64,000 bases of DNA from Firmicutes bacterium UBA5559 (GCA_002425705.1 DIMT01000001.1:46221-110220), one strand, 5' to 3'. Shown: positions 26,266 to 34,812, numbered from the stretch's first letter. Notes: generated by a model not told the origin, from the letters alone. Program-made: numbers and translations.

Positions 26266-28554
26266 ATGAGTAGTAAAAGAAAAAGCTGGATGAGGGTGGT
26301 GGCCTTCACCATAATGCTCACCCTGGTCTTGATGACCGGAGCCACTGGGCTGGTAGTAGCCGAAGAGGGAGGCTTCGAAGGACCGCCTCTGGAGGAGAAT
26401 GGAATTATCCAGTCGTCGGGGTCGGAAGATCCATCCGGTGATGACGGTTCTGGTAAAATGGATGAGGGATTGCCTGAGGGAGAAGGGCAAACAAGAACCA
26501 TGAGTTTTTTTAAACCGGAAAAACCACCCAAGCTAGAGATTAAATTAGAAAAGTGGGTTAATCCGGATAAGGTTTTCTTTCAAGATGACATGGTGACTTT
26601 TTTCTTCAAGGTTACAAATAAGAGTGAAAGAAGCCTTAGGAATGTGGTTCTTGTGGATGAAGATTTAGGCCTTGTAATTACGATTGGTGAATTAAGTAAA
26701 GAGAGGTGGCATGGATCGGTCTACACAACAGAGGTGGCTGTTAAGCTGGATCCTGACAAATGGGATGGGAATAAGTACATCAATGAGGCGTCAGTATCCG
26801 GCACAGCAAGGGTAGCGGACAATGATATTATTGTATCAGATTCAGCCTGGGCAAAAGTAGAATTGAAACCGATCATTGGATTCGCCAAAGAAGCGGATCG
26901 TGAAACTGTTTTCTTTAAGGACTCCACGGTAACCTATACCTTTACGGTAACAAATATGAGTAATAAGCCAATTGCGGATGTGATGATTATTGATCCTGCT
27001 ATTGGCCTTGAAATTGATGCAGGCTCATTGGGAATTCATGGAAAGGGCAAAACCTTCACTACAAAAGTAGCGGTTGATCTAAGTGAGAATTTATGGGACG
27101 GCAATTCATTTAACAATACTGCCACGGTTCAGGGAACCGTTCCCTGGGGCGAAGGGACCAGATCAGTCAGTGCCGATGCTTCGTATACCGTGAAGTATCA
27201 GGCTCCTTTGACCTTAGAAAAGACGGTTGATAAAAGCACAGTTAATTTCAAGGACGAAAAGGTAACTTATACATTCAAGGTTAAAAATAACCTTTGGTGG
27301 GATCTCCAAAATGTAAAGGTTTATGATGAAACCATCGATGCAATTCTGGATTTCGGCAAAGTACGAAAGGGACAATGGGAAACTAGGACATTTGCATTTG
27401 ATTTGACAAATGCAGAATGGGATGGGGATCAATTCATCAACACTGCAAGAGTGGAAGCTCCTTTTATGAGAGGAGATACACCGGTAACTCTTTCGGCAGT
27501 TGATACGGCTGCTGTAACTTACGTACCACCCATGACCCTGGAAAAATCAGTAGATCCTGGAACTGTATACTCACAAGATGGAATTGTAAACTATACCTTC
27601 AAAGTGTGGAATAATCTTTCGGACAATACGATTAAGAATGTAGTTCTGACGGATACTCTCTTGGATTTAACGGTGAATGCCGGGGACATCAAAGCAAAGA
27701 GTAAATGGAATAAAGGCTATTATACCACCACTGTTGCTATTGACTTGTCTTTAATCCCTGAAGATTCCTGGGATGGCAATCAATTGATTAATGAAGCTAC
27801 AGCCATGGGCTGTTACGAAAAAATCAAATGGGCTCCGAGAGGAAACGAGGGAGACTTCCAAACGATGAAACATTGGTCTCCTCCTACGGAATGCATCACG
27901 TTGACAGCAGTGGACACGGCTACCCTGATCTATGATCCGACCACATTGACGATTAAAAAAGATGTTCCCAACGTAACCGATTCTGCAGCAGCCTTTGATG
28001 TTCTGATTTCGTGGGAAGAAGAATGGGTCTATGATGAGGATTCAGGAGACAATGAAATCCCCCAATACCGTACCATGGTGATGAATACCACCACGAAGTC
28101 TATCCAGGGTGTAATTTCGGAATTGGAGCCCTTTGTCATGGATGCGGTTCCTGGAGTTTTGTACACAGTGGCAGAAACTACAAAAGCAGGCTATACCACA
28201 TCAGAAACCTCTTTGCAGATTACCCTGGAGCCAGGTGAAGATGGAGTGATCACCTTTGTGAACACCAAGGATGTCATAGAGGAAGAAAGCTCTGGCGGTG
28301 GCGGCACCAATCAAGGTGGCAGCAGTGGTGGCGGTGGAGATACGGATACCAATACCATAGCTACGGTTCCTGACGGTCAGGTACCCTTAGCCCAGGATCC
28401 TGTTACTGTTGAAACATTAGCCGATTTACCCATTCCGCTAGCTGATGTTCCTCAAACCGGAAACAATGCATTGCTGAATCTCTGGTGGATTTTGCTAGCT
28501 TTGTCCGGATTTGGAATCCTGGTTGTCGTAAATAGGAAACCGGAAAAAATTTAA
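26266..28554 (+). CDS. Sortase-anchored surface protein A (four DUF11/CARDB-like repeats, a Cna-B/prealbumin-like domain, and a VPQTG sorting signal)
   Basis: Signal peptide MSSKRKSWMRVVAFTIMLTLVLMTGATGLVVA. Four modules of about 105 aa each end in WDG(N/D)xxxNxAxV. A Gly-rich linker follows. The C-terminus is PIPLADVPQTG, then a hydrophobic span, then RKPEK. The gene is AT-rich compared with its flanks. Confidence 0.85.
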   Translation: MSSKRKSWMRVVAFTIMLTLVLMTGATGLVVAEEGGFEGPPLEENGIIQSSGSEDPSGDDGSGKMDEGLPEGEGQTRTMSFFKPEKPPKLEIKLEKWVNPDKVFFQDDMVTFFFKVTNKSERSLRNVVLVDEDLGLVITIGELSKERWHGSVYTTEVAVKLDPDKWDGNKYINEASVSGTARVADNDIIVSDSAWAKVELKPIIGFAKEADRETVFFKDSTVTYTFTVTNMSNKPIADVMIIDPAIGLEIDAGSLGIHGKGKTFTTKVAVDLSENLWDGNSFNNTATVQGTVPWGEGTRSVSADASYTVKYQAPLTLEKTVDKSTVNFKDEKVTYTFKVKNNLWWDLQNVKVYDETIDAILDFGKVRKGQWETRTFAFDLTNAEWDGDQFINTARVEAPFMRGDTPVTLSAVDTAAVTYVPPMTLEKSVDPGTVYSQDGIVNYTFKVWNNLSDNTIKNVVLTDTLLDLTVNAGDIKAKSKWNKGYYTTTVAIDLSLIPEDSWDGNQLINEATAMGCYEKIKWAPRGNEGDFQTMKHWSPPTECITLTAVDTATLIYDPTTLTIKKDVPNVTDSAAAFDVLISWEEEWVYDEDSGDNEIPQYRTMVMNTTTKSIQGVISELEPFVMDAVPGVLYTVAETTKAGYTTSETSLQITLEPGEDGVITFVNTKDVIEEESSGGGGTNQGGSSGGGGDTDTNTIATVPDGQVPLAQDPVTVETLADLPIPLADVPQTGNNALLNLWWILLALSGFGILVVVNRKPEKI

Positions 28555-28562
28555 AGACTAAG

Positions 28563-28584
28563 GGGGCTGCCATCCGGCGGCCCC
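28563..28584 (+). promoter_or_regulatory. GC-rich intercistronic stem-loop between adhesin A and its sortase
   Basis: GGGGCTGCC-ATCC-GGCGGCCCC, 9 bp with one G-U pair. The T-tail is weak (TGTTTC), so it looks like an attenuator or stability element rather than a full terminator. Confidence 0.5.
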
Positions 28585-28606
28585 TGTTTCAAAGGAGGTG
28601 GTTACG

Positions 28607-29356
28607 ATGAAGAGGATCTGGATGATCCGCCTGGGAATTGTGTTGATTCTTCTAGCCTGTATTCTCTTGCTTTATTCCTTGTTTGGACCGGGCAACAACG
28701 GGAAGGAAGAGTTCCAGACATCTTTGCAGGAAGAGGAGCTGCCAATATCGGCCGATGGGGAGCAGCCCCTCTACCCGGCTCCTTCTGTAACCATTGACTT
28801 TGATGGGTTACTGGCTATCAACGATGAGACAACCAGTTGGATCTGGATTCCCGATTCGCCTATCACTTACCCGGTGATGCAGGGGCTGGACAATCAGAAG
28901 TACCTGACCCGCTCCTATAAGGGGACTTATGACCGGAATGGCAGTGTATTCATGGATTACCGATGTCAGCCGGATTACAGCAGCAGCCACACCATTCTCT
29001 TTGGCCATAATATGCTGACGGAAGATATTTTCGGCACACTGGAGCGCTATAAGGACCTTGAATACCTCAACAGACATTCTCTGATCTATATCCTGAAACC
29101 GGAGGAATACCAAGTGTACGAAGTCTTCTCCATTCACGGGACGGATGCTACCGGAGAAACCTACCGGGTGAATTTTGAAACGCCAGACCACTTTCGGCAG
29201 TACCTGGAAGAAATGAAGGAGCTATCCATCCATCCTTTGGGGCCTGATCCGGAATCGAAAGACCAGATACTGACCCTTTCTACTTGTACTTCTCACGGAA
29301 ATAAGAACGATCGTTTCGTTGTCCAGGCCGTTTTGCAGGAAACTGTAAAACTTTAA
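28607..29356 (+). CDS. srtB: Class B sortase
   Basis: ATG 28607 lies 8 nt after AGGAGG. It has an N-terminal TM anchor, TILFGHNM (catalytic His), LTLSTCTSHG (catalytic Cys in TLSTC), and DRFVVQA (Arg). Confidence 0.85.
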   Translation: MKRIWMIRLGIVLILLACILLLYSLFGPGNNGKEEFQTSLQEEELPISADGEQPLYPAPSVTIDFDGLLAINDETTSWIWIPDSPITYPVMQGLDNQKYLTRSYKGTYDRNGSVFMDYRCQPDYSSSHTILFGHNMLTEDIFGTLERYKDLEYLNRHSLIYILKPEEYQVYEVFSIHGTDATGETYRVNFETPDHFRQYLEEMKELSIHPLGPDPESKDQILTLSTCTSHGNKNDRFVVQAVLQETVKL

Positions 29357-29391
29357 AATAGAGTTCAAAATGTTTCATAATTCTGAGATGC

Positions 29392-29425
29392 TGAAACCTG
29401 TATTGAAACCTGAAACCGTTATAGT
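29392..29425 (+). promoter_or_regulatory. Candidate activator-dependent promoter of the small-protein/adhesin B operon (TGAAACC repeats plus -10)
   Basis: TGAAACC (29392-98), N5, TGAAACC (29404-10), N9 containing a third TGAAACC (29411-17), then TATAGT (29420-25). Confidence 0.55.
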
Positions 29426-29487
29426 AAAAATAAGAAGAAAACAAGTTGTTTGAAATGAACGGAAATTCAACGAAGGAGGTGGTAAGT

Positions 29488-29991
29488 TTGCAGCCAAGCA
29501 ATATCCGGATGTTTTCCCGGAATATTATTTGTAACTGCGTCAACCAATGTGGACCTAATGGCATACAAGGAGAGCTGCACCACCTTTACTCCGAAGAACC
29601 GATCCGATACCGGGACGCATTTGAAATGCTGATCCAGATGGATAAGTTCTATGATAACCTGAATTTTCCGATGGCTTCCACCGAAACCCGATCTTTTATC
29701 AAAAGGAAGCCCAGTCAAAATAGGAAAGAGATGATAAAAATGGAGCAGGATGAAAAACTATTAAAGGTTAAGGGCAGCAAGGGCACATTCCTGATACAGG
29801 TACAATACCGACAGAACGCCACCTGGCAAGGCAAGGTGGTCTGGGCAGAAGAAAACAAGACACAATATTTCAGAAGCGCACTGGAACTAATGAAACTGAT
29901 TGATGGAGCTCTGAACAAGGGCAACGAGGAAGCGACAATAGAATTCGAAGAAAGTGATAATCCAAAAGATAAGAAATACGCTACCAGCTAA
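29488..29991 (+). CDS. Hypothetical cytoplasmic protein with internal duplication, unknown function
   Basis: The ORF track gives 29446..29991. The best SD is GAAGGAGGTG, which favours TTG 29488, with ATG 29509 as an alternative. There is no signal peptide. Two halves share the motif [YF]R[DS]A[FL]E[ML][LM]xx[MI]D (EPIRYRDAFEMLIQMD versus TQYFRSALELMKLID). Confidence 0.5.
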   Translation: MQPSNIRMFSRNIICNCVNQCGPNGIQGELHHLYSEEPIRYRDAFEMLIQMDKFYDNLNFPMASTETRSFIKRKPSQNRKEMIKMEQDEKLLKVKGSKGTFLIQVQYRQNATWQGKVVWAEENKTQYFRSALELMKLIDGALNKGNEEATIEFEESDNPKDKKYATS

Positions 29992-30031
29992 AAGGGAGGT
30001 TATCAAGAGCGTATGGGAAAGGAGAATGGAG

Positions 30032-31831
30032 ATGAACATTCAGACAAAGAGGTGGGCAAGGCCCCTGGCGCTTTTCATAGCGCTGACAATGGTGATGATG
30101 TACTCCTTTGGGGGAGTGGTGTTTGCATCAATTAATGATGTTAGAGTTCATTATCACGGACCAAGTGATGATGGAGTTGTAGTTGTAATTACGACTGTAT
30201 CATCAGAAGGTGCTATTGATCAAACCTTTACAGCAGAAGCTAAGAGACATAAAAAGAGTAGTCATTACGATGGAAAATTTTCTCCAAGCATTGACCAAGT
30301 TTTATCGAATGGCGATAAACTCATTGATGAAGGTGTAGTTACAAGAGCATACACAACAATAAATGGTATTTACACAGAATTAACAGTTGATCATAGTTCA
30401 GCTATCGGAAATAACTCGGCAAATATTAAGGTTGGACCACCACCAACTGCAAAAGTTTATAACCTAATGATAACCAAGACGGTAGACAAGCCAGTAGTTC
30501 CCCTTGATGGCGCTGTTAAGTTTACTATTACTGTTACAAATATCGGGAATACATTAGTGAGCGGCGTAGTTGTAACAGACGAAATTCCTGCAGGCTTATT
30601 GATAACGGCCACTTATTCAGCAGTTGGAACATTTGCAGGCGATGTCTGGACAATCGGTGATTTAGCGAGTGGTCAACAAGTAACATTAGAGATTGATGCC
30701 ATTACTACTGATGTAGATGAGATCACCAATACTGCCACTGTAAGTTTTGATGGTGATGATGTTGATGAGGATGATAACACAGCAAGTGCGACAGTAGATG
30801 TTTTAGTACCATATGACTTATCTCTTACAAAGTCAGTAAATCCTGGATCTGTAGGTATAAGTGAAGAAGCTCTTTTCACTATTAAAGTAGAGAACAAGGG
30901 ATTCTATGAAGCAACTAATGTTGTTGTCAAGGATGTATGGCCAGATGGGCTTGAATTTATCGGTGCAACATCCAGCGATGCTATACAGTTCAATGCTGAG
31001 GATATGACATGGACCCTTGGAAGTTTAGCTCCTGGAGCAACTAAAACAATTACTTTATCAGGTATTTCAGCAGTAGCCGATGATTATACGAATACTGCAT
31101 CTGTTACCTTTAGCGGAATCGACCAGAATCCAAATGATAACTCTGATACAGCAACGCTTAAAGTGCTTCTGGAAAGAGACCTTGGAATCACAAAGGTTGC
31201 AGCACCTACCAATATTCTGCTTAATGAAAGCACAGTATTTACAGTGACTATAACAAATAATGGTACTGAAACTATTAATAATATTTTCGTTGAAGATGTT
31301 ATGGAAGCTGGATTAAGTATTTCGGCAATCGGCTCAGATGATTTTAAAGATGGAATATGGGATGTCGGAACTCTGGAATCCGGAGAAAGCAAGATTTTAA
31401 CAATAGCCGCAATTGGAACAACAGTTGGTTCCCTTCAGAATCAGGTTGAGATTGTGACTCTGGGTGATGGCAATAACGAAGTAATTGAATATGTTCCATT
31501 TGAAGATGATAACCAGTCTAACAACTCTGAAAAAGCTACCGTAACAGTCTCCGCAGGAGGCGGTGGAGGTGGCGGCGGCGGTGGAACCGGTGGAGGCGGT
31601 GGTGGTGGAACCACTATCCAGGAAACTACTCCTCCATTAACCAATATCCCCGACGGAGAAACTCCGTTAGTAGAAGCCCCGGAAGTAATGCTTGAAGAGC
31701 AGCCCATTCCGCTGGCAGACGTTCCCCAGACTGGTGACAACACCAACATCTGGTTGCTGCTGGCCCTGATGATGGGATCCGGAGCAGGAATCGTCCTCCT
31801 GGGAAGGCGAAAAGAAACAGTTGAAAAGTAA
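30032..31831 (+). CDS. Sortase-anchored surface protein B (three DUF11 repeats, a poly-Gly linker, and a VPQTG sorting signal)
   Basis: ATG 30032 lies 7 nt after GGAG. Signal peptide MNIQTKRWARPLALFIALTMVMMYSFGGVVFA. The canonical DUF11 repeat pattern is present (L.ITKTVDKP...F.ITVTN.G...V.V.D..P.GL......G...WT.G.L..G....L......NTA.V). The linker is G10-T-G7. The C-terminus is PIPLADVPQTG, then a hydrophobic span, then RRKE. Confidence 0.85.
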   Translation: MNIQTKRWARPLALFIALTMVMMYSFGGVVFASINDVRVHYHGPSDDGVVVVITTVSSEGAIDQTFTAEAKRHKKSSHYDGKFSPSIDQVLSNGDKLIDEGVVTRAYTTINGIYTELTVDHSSAIGNNSANIKVGPPPTAKVYNLMITKTVDKPVVPLDGAVKFTITVTNIGNTLVSGVVVTDEIPAGLLITATYSAVGTFAGDVWTIGDLASGQQVTLEIDAITTDVDEITNTATVSFDGDDVDEDDNTASATVDVLVPYDLSLTKSVNPGSVGISEEALFTIKVENKGFYEATNVVVKDVWPDGLEFIGATSSDAIQFNAEDMTWTLGSLAPGATKTITLSGISAVADDYTNTASVTFSGIDQNPNDNSDTATLKVLLERDLGITKVAAPTNILLNESTVFTVTITNNGTETINNIFVEDVMEAGLSISAIGSDDFKDGIWDVGTLESGESKILTIAAIGTTVGSLQNQVEIVTLGDGNNEVIEYVPFEDDNQSNNSEKATVTVSAGGGGGGGGGGTGGGGGGGTTIQETTPPLTNIPDGETPLVEAPEVMLEEQPIPLADVPQTGDNTNIWLLLALMMGSGAGIVLLGRRKETVEK

Positions 31832-31858
31832 GTACGGTAAAGTATAATTAAAGATGTG

Positions 31859-31890
31859 TAAGGGTTACCTTCGGGTAACCCTTATTTATT
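31859..31890 (+). terminator. Rho-independent terminator/attenuator between adhesin B and sortase 2
   Basis: 11-bp stem TAAGGGTTACC/GGTAACCCTTA with a TTCG loop, followed by TTTATT. Confidence 0.75.
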
Positions 31891-31962
31891 AGAAATTGTG
31901 TCATTTGGCCTACATTGCCAAAAGACCGCCAACTGACAGACCTGCTTACAGAGGTGGTATTT

Positions 31963-32727
31963 GTGAAAAAAATTATTTTAATCGTATTAATTTGCGTATT
32001 TATCGGCTCCGGCCTGATGCTGGCGGGAACGCTGCTGGAGTACAAACAGGGGCAGGATCTTTATGAGGCTGCTGCGGAGCAGGTTATTCGTCCGGAGAAG
32101 CCTGAGGCCGAAGAGGAGCCGGATGGCCCGGCTGCTCCAGTTCCCCCTGCCATTAATTTTGAGTTGTTATCGTCCATCAGCCCCGATTCGGTGGGTTGGA
32201 TCTGGATACCCGATTCGGAGATCAGTTACCCCTTGGTGCAGGGCCGGGACAATCAGTTTTATTTGACCCGGACCTATGATGGGGGGCACAACAAGCTGGG
32301 AAGCATCTTTCTGGATTACCGGATTCCGGGGGACTTTAGCGGCAGAAACACCATCATCTACGGGCACAACATGAAAAGCGATGCCATGTTCGGCACCCTG
32401 GAAAAATTCCGGGATCAGACTTTTACCGATGCCCGGCCCCAGTTCTATATCCTCCGGGAGGAGGGGGTCTATCGATATCAGATTTTTTCCGCTTATGTCA
32501 CCGATGCCTTGAGCGATACCTACACCTACCAGTTTGGGAATGATGCCGCTTATGGCAAGTATCTGGAAAAGATTACAAATCTGTCAGACATTACACCGCC
32601 TCAATCCGATATCACACCGCCGAAAGGCCCGGACATTGGCACCCCGATCGTCACCCTGTCCACCTGTACCAGTACCGGAAGGCAGCTGGATCGGTTCGTG
32701 GTTCACGGTTTTCTGATTTCGGAGTAG
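31963..32727 (+). CDS. srtB: Class B sortase (second copy)
   Basis: GTG 31963 follows GAGGTGG. It has a TM anchor, TIIYGHNM, VTLSTCTSTG, and DRFVVHG. It is a paralog of the gene at 28607..29356. Confidence 0.85.
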   Translation: MKKIILIVLICVFIGSGLMLAGTLLEYKQGQDLYEAAAEQVIRPEKPEAEEEPDGPAAPVPPAINFELLSSISPDSVGWIWIPDSEISYPLVQGRDNQFYLTRTYDGGHNKLGSIFLDYRIPGDFSGRNTIIYGHNMKSDAMFGTLEKFRDQTFTDARPQFYILREEGVYRYQIFSAYVTDALSDTYTYQFGNDAAYGKYLEKITNLSDITPPQSDITPPKGPDIGTPIVTLSTCTSTGRQLDRFVVHGFLISE

Positions 32728-32790
32728 CAAAGATTTTAATTTTGTGCTATGATAAAGGACAAAAGTGAAAAAATCATACAGGAGGAAAGC

Positions 32791-34101
32791 ATGCAGGAAA
32801 ACAGGATATGGAGTCCGGAAGAAACCCTGGACAGGGAGCAGTTCCGGGACATACAAAGCAAACGATTGAAAGAAATGGTTCAGCGGGTCTATGATTCCGT
32901 GCCCCATTACAAAAAGAAATTTGACACGATGGGTCTGTCTCCGGCGGATATTCAGTCTGTGGATGACCTGTCCAAACTTCCCTTTACCACCAAGCTCGAC
33001 TTTCGGGACAATTACCCCTACGGGTTGTTTGCTGTACCCCAGAAGCAGGTGGTGAGAATCCATGCTTCCTCCGGAACCACCGGAAAGCCGACAGTAGTTG
33101 GTTATACAAAAAACGATATGGAAATGTGGAAGGAAATGATCGCCAGGCTGGTCACCATGGCCGGCGTCACCGATGAAGATGTGGCACAGATTTCCTTCGG
33201 ATACGGATTATTTACAGGGGCCTTCGGTCTCCACCAGGGCCTGGAGCACGTGGGAGCCACAGTGATTCCCATGTCCAGCGGCAATACTCGTAAACAGATC
33301 ATGGTCATGCAAGACTTCGGCACCACGGCTCTGATCAGCACCCCTTCCTATGCCCTCCATATGGCGGAAATCGCCAAAGAAATGGGCATCGACCCGAAGA
33401 AGGACCTGAAACTGAAGTGGGGACTATTTGGGGGCGAAGGATCCACCGAAGCCATGCGCCGGGAAATCAATGAAGCCTGGGGTTTGTTTGCCACGGAAAA
33501 TTATGGCATGAGCGAGCTGATCGGGCCGGGAGTTTCCGGTGAATGCCTGGCCCTCAAAGGGATGCACATCAACGAGGACCATTTCTTTCCGGAAATCATC
33601 GACCCGGAAACCGGTGAAGTGCTGCCGCCGGGATCCGTGGGAGAGTTGGTCATTACGACTCTTTCCAAAGAAGCCCTGCCCATCATCCGGTACCGGACCA
33701 GCGACATTACCTCTTTGCATTATGAAAAATGTGATTGCGGCAGGACTACCGTCCGAATGGCAAAAATTTCCGGCCGTTCCAACGATATGCTGATTCTGGG
33801 GGGAGTTAATGTATTCCCCTCCCAAATCGAAGAAGTCCTGTTCAACGTGGACGGTATCGGGCCCCATTATCAGATTAAGGTTTACAAGAAAGGCCATCTG
33901 GATCGGATTGAAGTGGACGTGGAACTGGTCAACGCCGATCTGCTGGATTCCTTCAGCCAGATCGAAAACCTGAACCAGACCATCCGGCAGCGACTCCGAA
34001 CCGTGCTGGGCATCGATGCGAAAGTCAATATCATGCAGCCAAGGACCCTGCAGCGTTTCGAAGGGAAAGCCAAGCGGGTCATCGATCTGAGGGAGGAATA
34101 A
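32791..34101 (+). CDS. paaK: Phenylacetate-CoA ligase family (aryl-acetate-CoA ligase), copy 1
   Basis: ATG 32791 follows GGAGG. HASSGTTGKPTVVGYT (AMP-binding P-loop), YGMSELIGPGV, RYRTSD, and GRSNDMLILGGVNVFPSQIE are present. Confidence 0.85.
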   Translation: MQENRIWSPEETLDREQFRDIQSKRLKEMVQRVYDSVPHYKKKFDTMGLSPADIQSVDDLSKLPFTTKLDFRDNYPYGLFAVPQKQVVRIHASSGTTGKPTVVGYTKNDMEMWKEMIARLVTMAGVTDEDVAQISFGYGLFTGAFGLHQGLEHVGATVIPMSSGNTRKQIMVMQDFGTTALISTPSYALHMAEIAKEMGIDPKKDLKLKWGLFGGEGSTEAMRREINEAWGLFATENYGMSELIGPGVSGECLALKGMHINEDHFFPEIIDPETGEVLPPGSVGELVITTLSKEALPIIRYRTSDITSLHYEKCDCGRTTVRMAKISGRSNDMLILGGVNVFPSQIEEVLFNVDGIGPHYQIKVYKKGHLDRIEVDVELVNADLLDSFSQIENLNQTIRQRLRTVLGIDAKVNIMQPRTLQRFEGKAKRVIDLREE

Positions 34102-34103
34102 AA

Positions 34104-34520
34104 ATGGGAATCAAACAATTATCGATTTTTATTGCCAATGAAGCAGGGACCCTGGCCGATGTTACCCGGATCTTCCGGGAACATGAAATCGACATACGGG
34201 CCATCTCCGTTTCCGATACCGTGGATTACGGAATCCTGCGGGTGGTGGTCAGCGAGCCGGAACGGGCCGTGGAAGAACTGGCTAAAGAGGGAATCGTATC
34301 CAAACTCAGCGAGGTCCTGGCCGTAGATCCGGAAGACCGACGGGGCAGCTTGAATGACATCTTCACGCTGCTGGGAGACAACGGCATCAACATCGACTAT
34401 ATCTATTCTTTTCTGGTTCGGGAGGACGGGGCCCAGCTTTTTGTCATAAAAGTGACAGATCAGCAGAAGGCCCAGGAACTGTTGATGGCAAATGGTGTGC
34501 GAATCATAAAAAATATCTGA
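34104..34520 (+). CDS. ACT domain-containing protein (tandem ACT), copy 1
   Basis: 138 aa. LSIFIANEAGTLADVTRIFREHEIDIRAISV plus a second ACT-like half. It lies 3 nt after paaK copy 1. Confidence 0.75.
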   Translation: MGIKQLSIFIANEAGTLADVTRIFREHEIDIRAISVSDTVDYGILRVVVSEPERAVEELAKEGIVSKLSEVLAVDPEDRRGSLNDIFTLLGDNGINIDYIYSFLVREDGAQLFVIKVTDQQKAQELLMANGVRIIKNI

Positions 34521-34527
34521 TTTTTTG

Positions 34528-34556
34528 TTGACAATAACAAAAAATACCGGTAGAAT
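34528..34556 (+). promoter_or_regulatory. Consensus SigA promoter driving the T-box leader
   Basis: TTGACA (34528-33), 17 nt spacer, TAGAAT (34551-56). Confidence 0.8.
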
Positions 34557-34569
34557 AGGAATAACTTCA

Positions 34570-34812
34570 TAGCAAAAGCGATGACAGGGTAAAGTAAGAT
34601 GATCCGGCGGATTACAGAGAATCGGCAGTGCTGAGAGCCGACAGAAGCAGACATCCCAAGTTCCCCCTTGAGCTGACCGGCTGAACCGATAGTAGGCCGT
34701 TCCGGGTTCTCCCGTCACAGAGATAAGGATTCATGGAGTCCTGAGTGGCCGTAAGGCAATAAGAGTGGTACCGCGGGCTTCCCGTCTCTTAGGAGATTGG
34801 AAGCCTTTTTTT
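34570..34812 (+). promoter_or_regulatory. T-box riboswitch leader (probable Phe/UUC specifier) with terminator
   Basis: K-turn AGCGATGA (34577-84) pairs with TGAGCT (34669-74). AGTA is at 34593-96 and the AG bulge AGAGA at 34616-20. The distal loop is AGTGCTGAGA. The T-box sequence AGAGTGGTACCGCG is at 34762-75. The terminator is GGCTTCC...GGAAGCC plus T7 (34776-34812). Confidence 0.85.

Noticed and set aside
26187-26273. The 5' UTR of adhesin A as a possible c-di-GMP riboswitch, and a 23-codon uORF (ATG 26202) overlapping the adhesin start.
   Set aside because: The UTR is only about 73 nt, and I see none of the conserved GEMM-I/II helices or GNRA-receptor features. The uORF ATG has no SD and would sit about 9 nt from the predicted transcription start.
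31555-31612. The GGN-rich tract encoding G10-T-G7 in adhesin B as a phase-variation repeat.
   Set aside because: Codons are mixed (GGA/GGC/GGT), so the DNA is not a perfect short tandem repeat. It is more likely a flexible linker than a slippage switch.
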